Assembly: GCA_963724765.1 (NCBI GenBank)
Contig: CAVRVY010000003.1
Coordinates: 1,472,001 to 1,536,000, forward strand
DNA from: an uncultured delta proteobacterium
GTDB taxonomy: Bacteria; Desulfobacterota; Binatia; Binatales; Binataceae
Length of the DNA stretch: 64,000 nt
Direction: 5' to 3'
A program made the translations under genes and the position numbers. Of this stretch, positions 37,258-46,825 are shown one piece after another (the first letter of the stretch is position 1; every line of letters starts with the position of its first letter). A model generated the notes under the pieces. The model saw only the letters and a program-made list of their open reading frames with translations, was not told where the DNA came from and searched no databases.

Positions 37258-37794
37258 TCAGCGCGGCGTCAGCAGGATCGACATGTTGCGCCCCTCCATC
37301 CGGGGCAGGCCGTCGGCCTGTGCGATGTCCTGCACTTGCGCGACGATCGAATCGAGCAACGTACGTCCCAGTTCGGGATGGGTTATCTCCCGGCCGCGAA
37401 ACGAAATCGAGAGCTTAACACGCTGGCCTTCGCCGACAAAGCGCCGGATGTGCTTGATTTTGAACTCGACGTCGTGTTTTTCGGTCCGCGCGCCCATCTT
37501 GACTTCCTTGATCGCCGTGGCGGTCGAATGGCGCTTGGAGTCATGGGTCTTTTTCTTTTGCGCGTAACGGTATTTGTCGAAATCGGTGACGCGGCAAACC
37601 GGGGGCTGGGCGGTGGGTGCGACCTCGACCAAATCCAGGCCGCGGCTTTCAGCCACGCGGATCGCTTCGCGGGTGCTCAGGATTCCGACCTGGCGGCCGT
37701 CGACATCGATTACCCGGACTTCCGGGACGCGGATCTGGTTGTTCACCCTTATCGCCGGCTCGCGCGGGGGCGGGGTACGAAAATCTCTACGAAT
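37258..37794 (-). CDS. infC: Translation initiation factor IF-3, probable AUU start
   Basis: NNQIRVPEVRVI, LDLVEVAP, FRGRE; in-frame ATT at 37794, 6 nt after GGAGG. Confidence 0.95.
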   Translation of the reverse strand: MRRDFRTPPPREPAIRVNNQIRVPEVRVIDVDGRQVGILSTREAIRVAESRGLDLVEVAPTAQPPVCRVTDFDKYRYAQKKKTHDSKRHSTATAIKEVKMGARTEKHDVEFKIKHIRRFVGEGQRVKLSISFRGREITHPELGRTLLDSIVAQVQDIAQADGLPRMEGRNMSILLTPR

Positions 37795-37904
37795 AAATCA
37801 CCTCCGTCGGCTGAGATGCCGACTTGCCGCTGAATTGGCAGTTCCTCCCATCAATTAACGGCAATTCTGTTTGAATCGTTTCCCCCCGCCTCCGGCGCTA
37901 CCGA

Positions 37905-39848
37905 TTAACCCGGCAACGGTTCACTTTTTAGCAGCTCCACAAGTTTTTCAAGCGCCATGACCTCGCTCTTGGCCCCGCGCAAAAGCCGCAGCGACACGCT
38001 GCGCGCGGCCGCCTCGCGCTCGCCCACGACAATCATGTACGGCACCTTGGCCAGTTCGGCCTCGCGCACCTTGAAGCCGAGCTTCTCATTACGCAGGTCG
38101 GCGGCCGCGCGCAGGCCCTCGCGCTTAAGGATGCGGGCGATCTCGGCCGCATAGTCCTCGACCTTTTCACTCAGCGAAAGCACGCGCGCCTGTTCGGGCG
38201 CTAGCCAAAATGGGAGCACTCCGTCCGTATGCTCGAGCAGCACCCCGATAAAGCGCTCGAGCGAGCCCAGGATCGCGCGATGGATCATCACCGGGCGCTC
38301 CTCGGCGCTGGCCGCGTTGGTGAACGTCAGGCCAAAGTTTTCGGGCATGTTGTAGTCGAGCTGGATGGTCGCGAGCTGCCAGCGCCGCTTGAGCGCGTCG
38401 GGCACGTAGATTTCGATCTTGGGCCCGTAAAACGCGCCCTCGCCCGGGTTGATCTCGTACGCAAGGCCATTGCGGGTGAGCGCCTCGCACAAAATCGCCT
38501 CGCTGGTGCGCCACAGTTCCTCGGTACCGAGATGCTTGTCGGGCATCGTGGCGACCTTGGACTCCAGCCGCTCGAAGCCCAGCGCCTGGTAGACGTCGCG
38601 CACCATCTGCAAGTTGAGATCGATCTCGCCGGCGATCTGCGCCGAGGTGCAGAAGACGTGCGCGTCATCCTGCGCCATCGTGCGCACGCGCGTCAGCCCG
38701 TGCAGCGTGCCCGAGCGCTCGGCGCGATGCAGCCGGCCGAAGTCGGCGATGCGCAGCGGCAGGTCGCGGTACGAACGCTTCTCGGCGCGGTAGACGAACG
38801 TGTGTCCCGGACAGTTCATCGGCTTGAACGCGTAGCCTTTGCGCCATCCCTCGGCACTCGAATCGATCTGGTCCGTTTCGCCGCCCTCGCGATCGGTGGT
38901 CAGGAACATGTTCTCGCGAAAATTGTCCCAGTGGCCCGAGGTATGCCACAGCTCGTTCTTGTAGACCTGCGGCGTGATCACTTCCTCGAAGCCATAGCGG
39001 CGGTACAGACGGCGCACGTAGTCGACGAGCGCGTTGTAGATGATTGCGCCCTTGGGCAGGAAAAACGGCGAGCCGGGCGAGATCGGGTCGAACACGAACA
39101 GGCCCATCTCGCGACCGAGCTTGCGATGGTCGCGCGAGCGCGCCAGCTCGAGCAGCTTCAGATGCTCCTCCAGCGCCTCCTTGCTTGCGAACGAGGTCCC
39201 GTAAATCCGCGATAGCATCGCGTTATGCTCGTCGCCGCGCCAGTACGCACCAGCCACGCTGGTCAGTTTGAAAGCGCGGATATAGCCGGTCGCCGGGACG
39301 TGCGGCCCGCGGCACAGATCCATCCAATCGCCCTGGCGATAAATCGATACGCGGTCGTCGGGGATGCCGTCCAGGATTTCGACCTTGTAGTGCTCACCCA
39401 TCGCGCCGAACCGCTCGATCGCCTCGGCCCGAGTGACCTCGACTCGCTCGACCTTGAGGTTGGCCTTCGCCAGCTCGCGCATCTTCGCTTCGATCTTCGG
39501 CAGGTCGTCGACCGTGAACGGCGTGGGCGGCGCGAAGTCATAGAAGAACCCGTCCTCGATAGTCGGGCCGATCGTCACTTGCGTGCCGGGGTAGAGGCTC
39601 TGCACCGCCTGGGCCATCAGATGGGCGGTTGAATGGCGCAGCACGTCGAGTCCTTCGGGACTGTCGGCCTTTACCGGCTCGATCGTGGCGTGATCCTCGA
39701 TCGGGTGGCTTAGATCGACCAGCTTGCCGTTGAGGCGCGCGGCGACGACCTCGCGCCCGCGCGCGCCGTCGAGCACCTCGCTGACCGTGGTCCCGCGCGG
39801 CACGCTGCGGCGCTGCCCGTCGAGCGATACGGTGACTTGCGCGCTCAT
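37905..39848 (-). CDS. thrS: Threonine-tRNA ligase
   Basis: RHSTAH, DLCRGPH, RDHRKLG, KPMNCP, AFYGPK, HRAILGSLERF. Confidence 0.97.
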   Translation of the reverse strand: MSAQVTVSLDGQRRSVPRGTTVSEVLDGARGREVVAARLNGKLVDLSHPIEDHATIEPVKADSPEGLDVLRHSTAHLMAQAVQSLYPGTQVTIGPTIEDGFFYDFAPPTPFTVDDLPKIEAKMRELAKANLKVERVEVTRAEAIERFGAMGEHYKVEILDGIPDDRVSIYRQGDWMDLCRGPHVPATGYIRAFKLTSVAGAYWRGDEHNAMLSRIYGTSFASKEALEEHLKLLELARSRDHRKLGREMGLFVFDPISPGSPFFLPKGAIIYNALVDYVRRLYRRYGFEEVITPQVYKNELWHTSGHWDNFRENMFLTTDREGGETDQIDSSAEGWRKGYAFKPMNCPGHTFVYRAEKRSYRDLPLRIADFGRLHRAERSGTLHGLTRVRTMAQDDAHVFCTSAQIAGEIDLNLQMVRDVYQALGFERLESKVATMPDKHLGTEELWRTSEAILCEALTRNGLAYEINPGEGAFYGPKIEIYVPDALKRRWQLATIQLDYNMPENFGLTFTNAASAEERPVMIHRAILGSLERFIGVLLEHTDGVLPFWLAPEQARVLSLSEKVEDYAAEIARILKREGLRAAADLRNEKLGFKVREAELAKVPYMIVVGEREAAARSVSLRLLRGAKSEVMALEKLVELLKSEPLPG

Positions 39849-40046
39849 CTAATTGGGGGACTTCGCCGCGGAGAACTTCGCCGAGGCGAACGTGGCGGCA
39901 GCGAACGCCGGCATCAGCGGCGTGATGGCGGCGGCGGTCGGCCAGTGATGGGCGATCATGAACGGACGCATGAATTCATGAGACGGACGCGCGCGCGTAG
40001 CAGGCGGTCGGGGAAATTCATGACGCCAGTATAGCGAAAGACAGGC

Positions 40047-40121
40047 TGGTAGGCACGGGCGGGTTTGAACCGCCGACCCCTTCCGTGTCAGGGAAGTGCT
40101 CTACCACTGAGCTACGTGCCT
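40047..40121 (-). tRNA. tRNA-Val(GAC) with encoded CCA
   Basis: AGGCACG/CGTGCCT acceptor stem, TAGCTCAGTGGTAGAGC D arm, CTTCC-CTGACAC-GGAAG anticodon arm, GGTTCAAA T loop. Confidence 0.97.
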
Positions 40122-40256
40122 TCTTTGCAAATCCGGGCGGCCTTAAGCGGCCGCAGCTCCGATCCGGTAACAAATATCAGCCTCGCGGGCAACCAAGGCT
40201 TCCGCGAGCGACCGCCGAGGGCCTATCTGCTAAGCTCTGCCGCCAATGGCGGCGTG

Positions 40257-41324
40257 ATGGATCGCGAACGAATCGCACATATTTTCTTTTTCGGCTTCCT
40301 GGCCGTCATGGGCTACGAACTTTATCTCCTGTTCAGTCCTTTCCTGGTGCCGATCGCGTGGGCGATGCTGCTGGCCTTCATCGCTCATCCGGCGCTCCTG
40401 CAACTGCAGCGCTTCATCCGCCACCGCACTACCGCCGCGCTGCTAATTACCGCGATCCTGGCGCTTTTGATTGCGGTTCCCACCGCGTGGCTCTCGAGCG
40501 AACTTGCACTGGAGGCCACCAAGGTCTCGCTGGGCCAGTTCGTCCACCAGGGCGGATTCGCGCAGGCCGGCCGCCAGGCGCTCCGTTCCGACACGATCAC
40601 TTCGATCGAGCTCTGGCTCGAACAACAGGGCTTGCGCATCGAAGACATACGCCACTGGATGGAGAAGTCCAGTACCTATCTGAGCGGCTACTTCACCGCC
40701 AACGTCACGACCCTGGCGCGCAACCTGGTCGCGTTCGTCATCGATGTCATCATCATGCTGTTCAGCTTCTTTTACCTGTTGCGCGACGGCGAGGACTATT
40801 TCGAATTCGTCCGCACGCTCACGCCGCTTCCCGATGAAGACAAGGCGATGGTCTTCGAGACCTTGAGCACGATGCTTTCCTCGACGATGCGTGGGTTGCT
40901 GTTGACCGCGCTGCTCGAAGGAACGCTGCTCTGCCTGGGCTACCTGGTCACTGGCGTGCCCGACGCGCTGCTGCTCGGCGCGGCCTCCGGCGCCGCGGGG
41001 CTGCTGCCGCTAGGCGGCACCGCCTTCATCTGGGTTCCGGCCGTAGTTTATCTATGGATCACGGCGGGATGGGGCTGGGCGGTGGCGCTGCTGGTATGGG
41101 GCGTGATCGTGGTCGGCGTAATCGACAACCTGCTCAAGCCGCTTACGATCGGACAGGGCAGCGGATTGCCCGCAGTCGCACTCTTCTTCGGTATCACTGG
41201 CGGACTGGAAGTCTACGGGCCGCTGGGCCTGTTCGCCGGCCCCGCTGTGATCGCAGTCTTCGCCGCACTCATCCGCGTCTACCGCCGCAGCTACGCCACG
41301 CGTCCCCCATCGTCATTTGTCTGA
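40257..41324 (+). CDS. AI-2E (PerM) family transporter
   Basis: FFYLLRDG, IDNLLKP, GPLGLFAGP; multiple TM helices. Confidence 0.88.
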   Translation: MDRERIAHIFFFGFLAVMGYELYLLFSPFLVPIAWAMLLAFIAHPALLQLQRFIRHRTTAALLITAILALLIAVPTAWLSSELALEATKVSLGQFVHQGGFAQAGRQALRSDTITSIELWLEQQGLRIEDIRHWMEKSSTYLSGYFTANVTTLARNLVAFVIDVIIMLFSFFYLLRDGEDYFEFVRTLTPLPDEDKAMVFETLSTMLSSTMRGLLLTALLEGTLLCLGYLVTGVPDALLLGAASGAAGLLPLGGTAFIWVPAVVYLWITAGWGWAVALLVWGVIVVGVIDNLLKPLTIGQGSGLPAVALFFGITGGLEVYGPLGLFAGPAVIAVFAALIRVYRRSYATRPPSSFV

Positions 41325-41414
41325 GAAGGTCGCCGTTCGTCTGAAACGCCGCCGCGCGCGCCCCCGTGGCCGCGCGCCGCGCGCGAAGCTAGATTAAACC
41401 GCATCGGACGGACC

Positions 41415-42743
41415 ATGAGCGTCGAGAAGGAAAACAAGGCACTGGCGATAATCAAGCGCCTGCGCGAGGCTGGCTTCGTCGCCTACCTCGCCGGCGGATG
41501 CGTGCGCGACCGCGTGCTCGGCGTCGCGGCGAAGGACTACGACATCGCCACCGACGCGCGCCCCGAGGTCGTGCAGGAATTGTTCGACAACACGATCGCC
41601 GTCGGCGCGCGCTTCGGCGTGATCGTCGTGATCATCGACGGCGACACCTTCGAGGTCGCCACCTTCCGCGCCGACGCACCCTACGTCGACGGGCGCCGTC
41701 CCTCGGCGGTGCGCTTCGGCACGGTCGCGGAGGACGCGCGCCGGCGCGACTTCACCATCGGCGGGATGTATTTCGATCCATCAAGCGGGCGGATCATCGA
41801 CCTGGTGGGCGGGATGCGCGATCTGCGCGTCGGCGTGATCCGCGCGATCGGCAACGCCGCCGAGCGCTTCGAGGAGGACCATCTGCGGGTGCTGCGCGCG
41901 ATACGCTTTGCCACCCGGCTCAACTTCGAGATCGATGCCGCGACGTGGGCCGCGATGCGCCGGGCCGCGCCCAAGGTCGCCAATATCGCCGCCGAGCGCG
42001 TCGGCGAGGAAGTCGTGGCGATCATGACCGGCGGCCGCGCCGGGCGCGGGCTGGAGCTGATGCGCGAGAGCGGATTGCTCGAAGTCGTGATGCCCGAAGT
42101 GCTGCCGATGGTCGGATGCGGACAGCCGCAAAACTTTCATCCCGAGGGCGACGTCTACCGCCATACCTGGCTTGCGCTCTCGATGCTGGAGGCGGGATGC
42201 GCCGAGACGCTCGCGTTCGGCGTCCTGCTGCACGACGTCGCCAAGCCCCAGTGTCGCGCGGAGGCCGACGACAAGGTCACCTTCTACGGGCATACCGAAC
42301 AGGGCGCCGCGCTGGCGGAAGAGATCCTGCGGCGGATGCGGCGCTCGCGCTTCGTGCAGGAGCGCGTCGCCTACCTGGTGCGCAATCATCTGCGTCTGGT
42401 GATGGCGCCACGGATGCGCCGGGCCACGCTCAAGCGGATGCTCGCCGAGGACGGCTTCGGCGAGTTGCTCGAGCTCTCGCGCCTGGACGCGCTTGCCTCC
42501 AGCTCCAACCTCGGCTTCTACCATTTCTGCGCGCGCGCGATCGGCGCGATGGGCCGCGAGGAGATTCGCCCGCCGCGCCTGCTCGGCGGCGACGACCTGA
42601 TCGCGATGGGCTTCGCGCCCGGGCCGCATTTCAAATCGATCCTCAAGGACGTCGAGGACCAGCAACTCGACGGCGCGCTGGCCTCGCGCGACGAAGCCGT
42701 CGATTACGTGCGCGCGCGCTACGGTCCTCCGCCGCCCGCCTGA
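41415..42743 (+). CDS. cca: Class II CCA tRNA nucleotidyltransferase with HD domain
   Basis: GGCVRD, KDYDIATD, RRRDFTI, EDHLRVLRAIRF, LLHDVAK. Confidence 0.9.
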   Translation: MSVEKENKALAIIKRLREAGFVAYLAGGCVRDRVLGVAAKDYDIATDARPEVVQELFDNTIAVGARFGVIVVIIDGDTFEVATFRADAPYVDGRRPSAVRFGTVAEDARRRDFTIGGMYFDPSSGRIIDLVGGMRDLRVGVIRAIGNAAERFEEDHLRVLRAIRFATRLNFEIDAATWAAMRRAAPKVANIAAERVGEEVVAIMTGGRAGRGLELMRESGLLEVVMPEVLPMVGCGQPQNFHPEGDVYRHTWLALSMLEAGCAETLAFGVLLHDVAKPQCRAEADDKVTFYGHTEQGAALAEEILRRMRRSRFVQERVAYLVRNHLRLVMAPRMRRATLKRMLAEDGFGELLELSRLDALASSSNLGFYHFCARAIGAMGREEIRPPRLLGGDDLIAMGFAPGPHFKSILKDVEDQQLDGALASRDEAVDYVRARYGPPPPA

Positions 42744-42756
42744 GCGCGTCGCGCCG

Positions 42757-44283
42757 ATGCTCGCCGCCCGCCACATCACGCGCCGCTTTGGCCCGCTGCT
42801 CGCGCTCGACGGCGTCGACTTCGACGCCGGCCCGGGCGAGATCGTGGCGCTGCTCGGCGAAAACGGTGCCGGCAAGACCACGCTGATGAACATCCTGGCC
42901 GGCCGTCTCCGCCCCGACGCGGGTTCGATCGAGCTGTTCGGCCGGGCGCTGCGCCCGGGCTCGCCAGCCGCCGCGCTGGCGGCCGGCATCGCCGCGGTGC
43001 ATCAGAGCCCGATGCTGTTCGAGCGGATGACGTGGGAGGAAAATCTCGCGCTTGGCGGTTTCGGCGCGGGCGCCGCCCGCTCCGGAGGCACTGAATTCAC
43101 AATAGATATGGCGGAAGTTGCGGCGCGCGCAGACGCGATGGCGGCGCGACTGGGCTTCGCGCTGCCGGCGCCGGGAGTGCGGATGGAGCAGCGCTCGATG
43201 GCCGAGCGGGTGCGGATGGAAGTGCTGCGCGCGCTCAGCTTCGAGCCGCGCGTACTTATTCTCGACGAGCCCACCGGACTGCTCGCGCCGGGCGAGCTGG
43301 CTGCGTTCCTCGACGTGCTGCGGCGTCTGCGCGGTGAGGGCCGTATCGTAATACTGGTCACCCATAAGCTCGCCGAGGCGCTCGCCGTCGCCGACCGGAT
43401 AACCGTACTCCGCCGCGGTCGCGTCGTGGCGCGCCGCGCCCGCGGCGAAGTCACCGAGGACGAGCTGGCGATCCTGATGATTGGCGAGCTCGCCCCGCCG
43501 TCCCAGGGCGCGCGCACGCGGGGTGCCGTCGGCGCGGTCGCGCTCGAAGTAAGGGATCTGGTCATCGAGCGGGGCGGATGGCGCGCGCTCGACGGCATCA
43601 ATCTCGAGGTCGCCGCCGGCGAGATCGTCGGGATCGCGGGCGTCGACGGCAACGGCCAGAGCGAGTTGGTTGAAGCGATGGCCGGGGTGCGCCGTCCCTT
43701 AAGCGGACTGATTCGCGCAAGCGCGGCGGGCGCGAACTATCTCGACCGCGCTCGCGGCAGCGGCCGCGGCGGCGCGATCGCGGTGATTCCGGAGAACCGC
43801 GACCTCGATGGCCTGGTCCTCGAAATGCCGCTTTGGGAGAACCTGCTGCTCGCGCGGCCGTTGCTCGCGCGAGCGTGCGGGCGTTTCGGATGGCTCAGCG
43901 CGTCGCGCGCCTGCGTGCGATGCGCGGAGCTGCTCGAGCGCTTTCACATCCGCGCCGCCGGCCCGCAGGCGCTCGCGGCCGAACTTTCCGGCGGCAACCG
44001 CCAGCGGTTATGCGTGGCGCGCGCGCTGGAGAGCCGCCCGCGCGTGCTGGTCGCGCACAACGTCACCCGCGGGCTCGACCTTGCCGCCACCGCCGAGGTG
44101 CGCCGGATGCTGGCCGCGTTCGCCGCCGAAGGCGGAGCGGTGCTACTAATCTCGAGCGATCTCGACGAGTTGATCGCGCTATGCGGCCGGCTCTGCGTGA
44201 TCAGCCGCGGACGCCTGCGCGCGGTGGGAGCCGATGAGCGCGATCCGGCGCGGCTGGGATTACTGATGGCGGGTGCGTGGTAG
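42757..44283 (+). CDS. Sugar/nucleoside (CUT2-type) ABC transporter ATP-binding protein
   Basis: GENGAGKTT, LDEPT, GVDGNGQ, LSGGNRQR; two fused NBDs. Confidence 0.88.
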   Translation: MLAARHITRRFGPLLALDGVDFDAGPGEIVALLGENGAGKTTLMNILAGRLRPDAGSIELFGRALRPGSPAAALAAGIAAVHQSPMLFERMTWEENLALGGFGAGAARSGGTEFTIDMAEVAARADAMAARLGFALPAPGVRMEQRSMAERVRMEVLRALSFEPRVLILDEPTGLLAPGELAAFLDVLRRLRGEGRIVILVTHKLAEALAVADRITVLRRGRVVARRARGEVTEDELAILMIGELAPPSQGARTRGAVGAVALEVRDLVIERGGWRALDGINLEVAAGEIVGIAGVDGNGQSELVEAMAGVRRPLSGLIRASAAGANYLDRARGSGRGGAIAVIPENRDLDGLVLEMPLWENLLLARPLLARACGRFGWLSASRACVRCAELLERFHIRAAGPQALAAELSGGNRQRLCVARALESRPRVLVAHNVTRGLDLAATAEVRRMLAAFAAEGGAVLLISSDLDELIALCGRLCVISRGRLRAVGADERDPARLGLLMAGAW

Positions 44284-44307
44284 CCCGGCCAACGAGCGGT
44301 ACAGCGT

Positions 44308-45891
44308 TTGATGGGCGAACGGCACGGCCGTTTCTGTGATAGCGCGGAGGCGAGCTATGTATTTTGCGTCGGGGGCGTTAAAGCGGAAATTCCGAATAAA
44401 AGGCCGGCGCGGATTCCCGGACTCCTGGACGAAGGGGCGTGGCGCAGGGCGCTTTGCATAGCCGGCTGCTGCCTGAGGCTCCTGACACTGATCGGCGTTG
44501 CCACGGTTTTTTCCCTCAAGAGCGAGACTCAAGCTCAGACCCAGCCGCCGGTTCAATCCGTACCAGCAGCTAGTCCATCCGCATCGGTAGCGCCCGCATC
44601 GGTGACGCCCGCACCTTCGGTGCCATCCGGCGTCACCCCGCTTGGCCTCGAGGACGCTCCTGGCGCCGCGAGCGTCGTCGATTCCTTAAGCGGTCTTCAC
44701 AGCCGCCTTCAGGAGGCCGTCGGACTTCAGCTTCACGGGATGCTGGTGGGCACCTATGAATACAACTTCGACCGGCCCAGCACCGGCAACAACACCACGC
44801 GGGTTTACGATTTCTTCGGGAGCAACAGCCCCGAGCTTGCGCAAGGCGAGCTATATATCGAGCGCGCCGTGCCGAACCAGGTTGGCTTCGTGCTCGATCT
44901 GAACACCGCGAACGTGGCGCAGGTGCAGTACGGCCTCTCGACGGTCTATTGGAAGGTCCCGGGGAAGGCCGGCGCATGTCCGCAAAGTCCGTGCGGATGG
45001 CTCGATCCGACGCGCGCCTATCTCGATTACACGCTGCCGGTCGGAACTGGAGTTTTGCTAACCGCAGGCACGCAATTCCCCCTGATTGGCAACGAGGCGA
45101 TACCGAGCTGGCAAAACTACAACCTGTTCCAGTCGATCGGTTACGTTTTCCACGCGAGCCCTTTCAACGTCACCGGTCTGCGGGCCCATTACACCTTCAA
45201 CGACTACTTCGGCCTGACGCTCGGGCTCAATAACGGATGGAACTCGCTTGCCTCGAGCTATCCGCTGCAGACCTTCGAAGGGCAGCTAAGCCTGAACCCG
45301 GCCCGTGAACTCGCTTTCCTGGTAAACGGCATGTATGGGCCGCAGGGACCTACCGGCGGCAATCTGCCGTCGAAGGCCGGCGTGCTCGATCTAATCGCAA
45401 CCTGGACGCCGCCGATCGACGGGTTGAGCATCACCCAGGAGGCGATCGTCGGTCATCAGGACACCAACGCTCTCGCGCCGACACCCATAATCGAGGGACC
45501 GGGAAATCCGTCGAATCCGATTCTCGATGAGTTCCCCAACGGCCGCACCGTCCATCCAAGCGACTGGTATGGTGAGGGCACATGGGTGGCGTATCAGGTC
45601 ACCCCCCGCCTTCAGCTCGGCCTGCGCGGCGAAGTTCTGAAAGATGTCGACGGTTTCGATACCGGTCTGCCCCAGACGCTGTGGGACATAACGGCAGGAT
45701 TCAATTTCAAGCTCGCTGAATGGCTGGTCGGCCGGTTCGAGTACCGTCACGACGAATCCAGCCAGAAACCATTTCCGAGCAGCAAGCCGTTGGTCTTCTT
45801 CCCATGCCCGGGGCTCGGCACGTGCGCGGCGAGCGCGTCGACCTATCACGGGATGGATACCATCCTCGCGACGCTGATGTTTATCTTCTGA
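44308..45891 (+). CDS. Outer-membrane beta-barrel protein (putative porin, DUF1597-like); start uncertain
   Basis: YEYNFDRP, LNNGWN, LRGE, RFEYRHD, terminal Phe; hydrophobic leader and Pro-rich linker. Confidence 0.75.
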   Translation: MMGERHGRFCDSAEASYVFCVGGVKAEIPNKRPARIPGLLDEGAWRRALCIAGCCLRLLTLIGVATVFSLKSETQAQTQPPVQSVPAASPSASVAPASVTPAPSVPSGVTPLGLEDAPGAASVVDSLSGLHSRLQEAVGLQLHGMLVGTYEYNFDRPSTGNNTTRVYDFFGSNSPELAQGELYIERAVPNQVGFVLDLNTANVAQVQYGLSTVYWKVPGKAGACPQSPCGWLDPTRAYLDYTLPVGTGVLLTAGTQFPLIGNEAIPSWQNYNLFQSIGYVFHASPFNVTGLRAHYTFNDYFGLTLGLNNGWNSLASSYPLQTFEGQLSLNPARELAFLVNGMYGPQGPTGGNLPSKAGVLDLIATWTPPIDGLSITQEAIVGHQDTNALAPTPIIEGPGNPSNPILDEFPNGRTVHPSDWYGEGTWVAYQVTPRLQLGLRGEVLKDVDGFDTGLPQTLWDITAGFNFKLAEWLVGRFEYRHDESSQKPFPSSKPLVFFPCPGLGTCAASASTYHGMDTILATLMFIF

Positions 45892-45894
45892 CGC

Positions 45895-46668
45895 CTACCG
45901 CTTCAGGTGCTCCAACTCCAGGGTGAAGCCGAGTGACTGGGCCGTCGCGCCCTCGCCCCGGCTCTCCTGATGCGTCGCCTTGACCGGACCGACGCCGGGC
46001 GCGAGCCAGTAATAGTCCTCGATGCTTACGTCCTCATCGGCCACCAGCCGCAGGCCGGCAGCCTTGCCCGGCGCGCGTGCGTTGCCTTTCATCGCTGAGG
46101 CTAGGCCGGTGCTCCGGATGCGAATGCATCCGCTGAAAGTCCCGGCCGGCACGGAAACGTTGTCGTTGACGCTCTCGATCTTCGTGGTCGCGTCGTACAC
46201 GGTGCCATCAAAGGTGCGATCTATTTCGCGCCAGCTGGTGCCGGCGCTGATCGGCAGTTTGATCACGTAGGAATGATCGTTCAGCCGCGACTGGAGCCCT
46301 TCGCTTTCGTCGATCGCGACGTGGCGGATTCCCTGGCCGTCGTCGGCGTAAAACTCGGTGTAGGTTTTGTCGCCACCCGTGTTCTGCTGCGGGACCGTGG
46401 TAAAGCCGAAAACTTTGCGTGGCGCCTGATTGGCCGTGGTCAGTTCGCCGGTGGCCCCGGTCGAGCCGCTGAAACGAAAGGTCCAGGCCATCCCGGGCTT
46501 GAGCGGAAAGTATCGAGCGAGGTCCGTTGGCGCGCGAGTGCATCCACTCGCGGCCATTGCCGCGCATATCATTCCCGCCGATAGCGCGCCCACCGATAGC
46601 GCACCCAGCAACACCGCGCCTGCCAATCCTGCATCCGCCAATCCCGCGATCGCAAATCTTCTCTGCAT
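45895..46668 (-). CDS. Exported/lipoprotein of unknown function
   Basis: Signal-like N-terminus ending ASGC; YFPLKPG, VSVPAGTF and WLAPGVGPVK motifs. Confidence 0.7.
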   Translation of the reverse strand: MQRRFAIAGLADAGLAGAVLLGALSVGALSAGMICAAMAASGCTRAPTDLARYFPLKPGMAWTFRFSGSTGATGELTTANQAPRKVFGFTTVPQQNTGGDKTYTEFYADDGQGIRHVAIDESEGLQSRLNDHSYVIKLPISAGTSWREIDRTFDGTVYDATTKIESVNDNVSVPAGTFSGCIRIRSTGLASAMKGNARAPGKAAGLRLVADEDVSIEDYYWLAPGVGPVKATHQESRGEGATAQSLGFTLELEHLKR

Positions 46669-46825
46669 ATTGTCTCCCGGGTCTGAACAAGTTCTGACGC
46701 GCGCTGCGGCACGGGTCAATCGCTCGCGCGAGTCCCGCGCGTGTGGCAGGCGAGTCGCACCTTGACTGCCAGTGACTCGCAAGCCTAGCCTAAATTCGAC
46801 CGGCACTTGGAGAGGCGGCGAGATT

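Noticed and set aside
40047-40121. tRNA-anchored integrated element
   Set aside because: No integrase and no duplicated tRNA 3' end seen; the flanking gene is thrS
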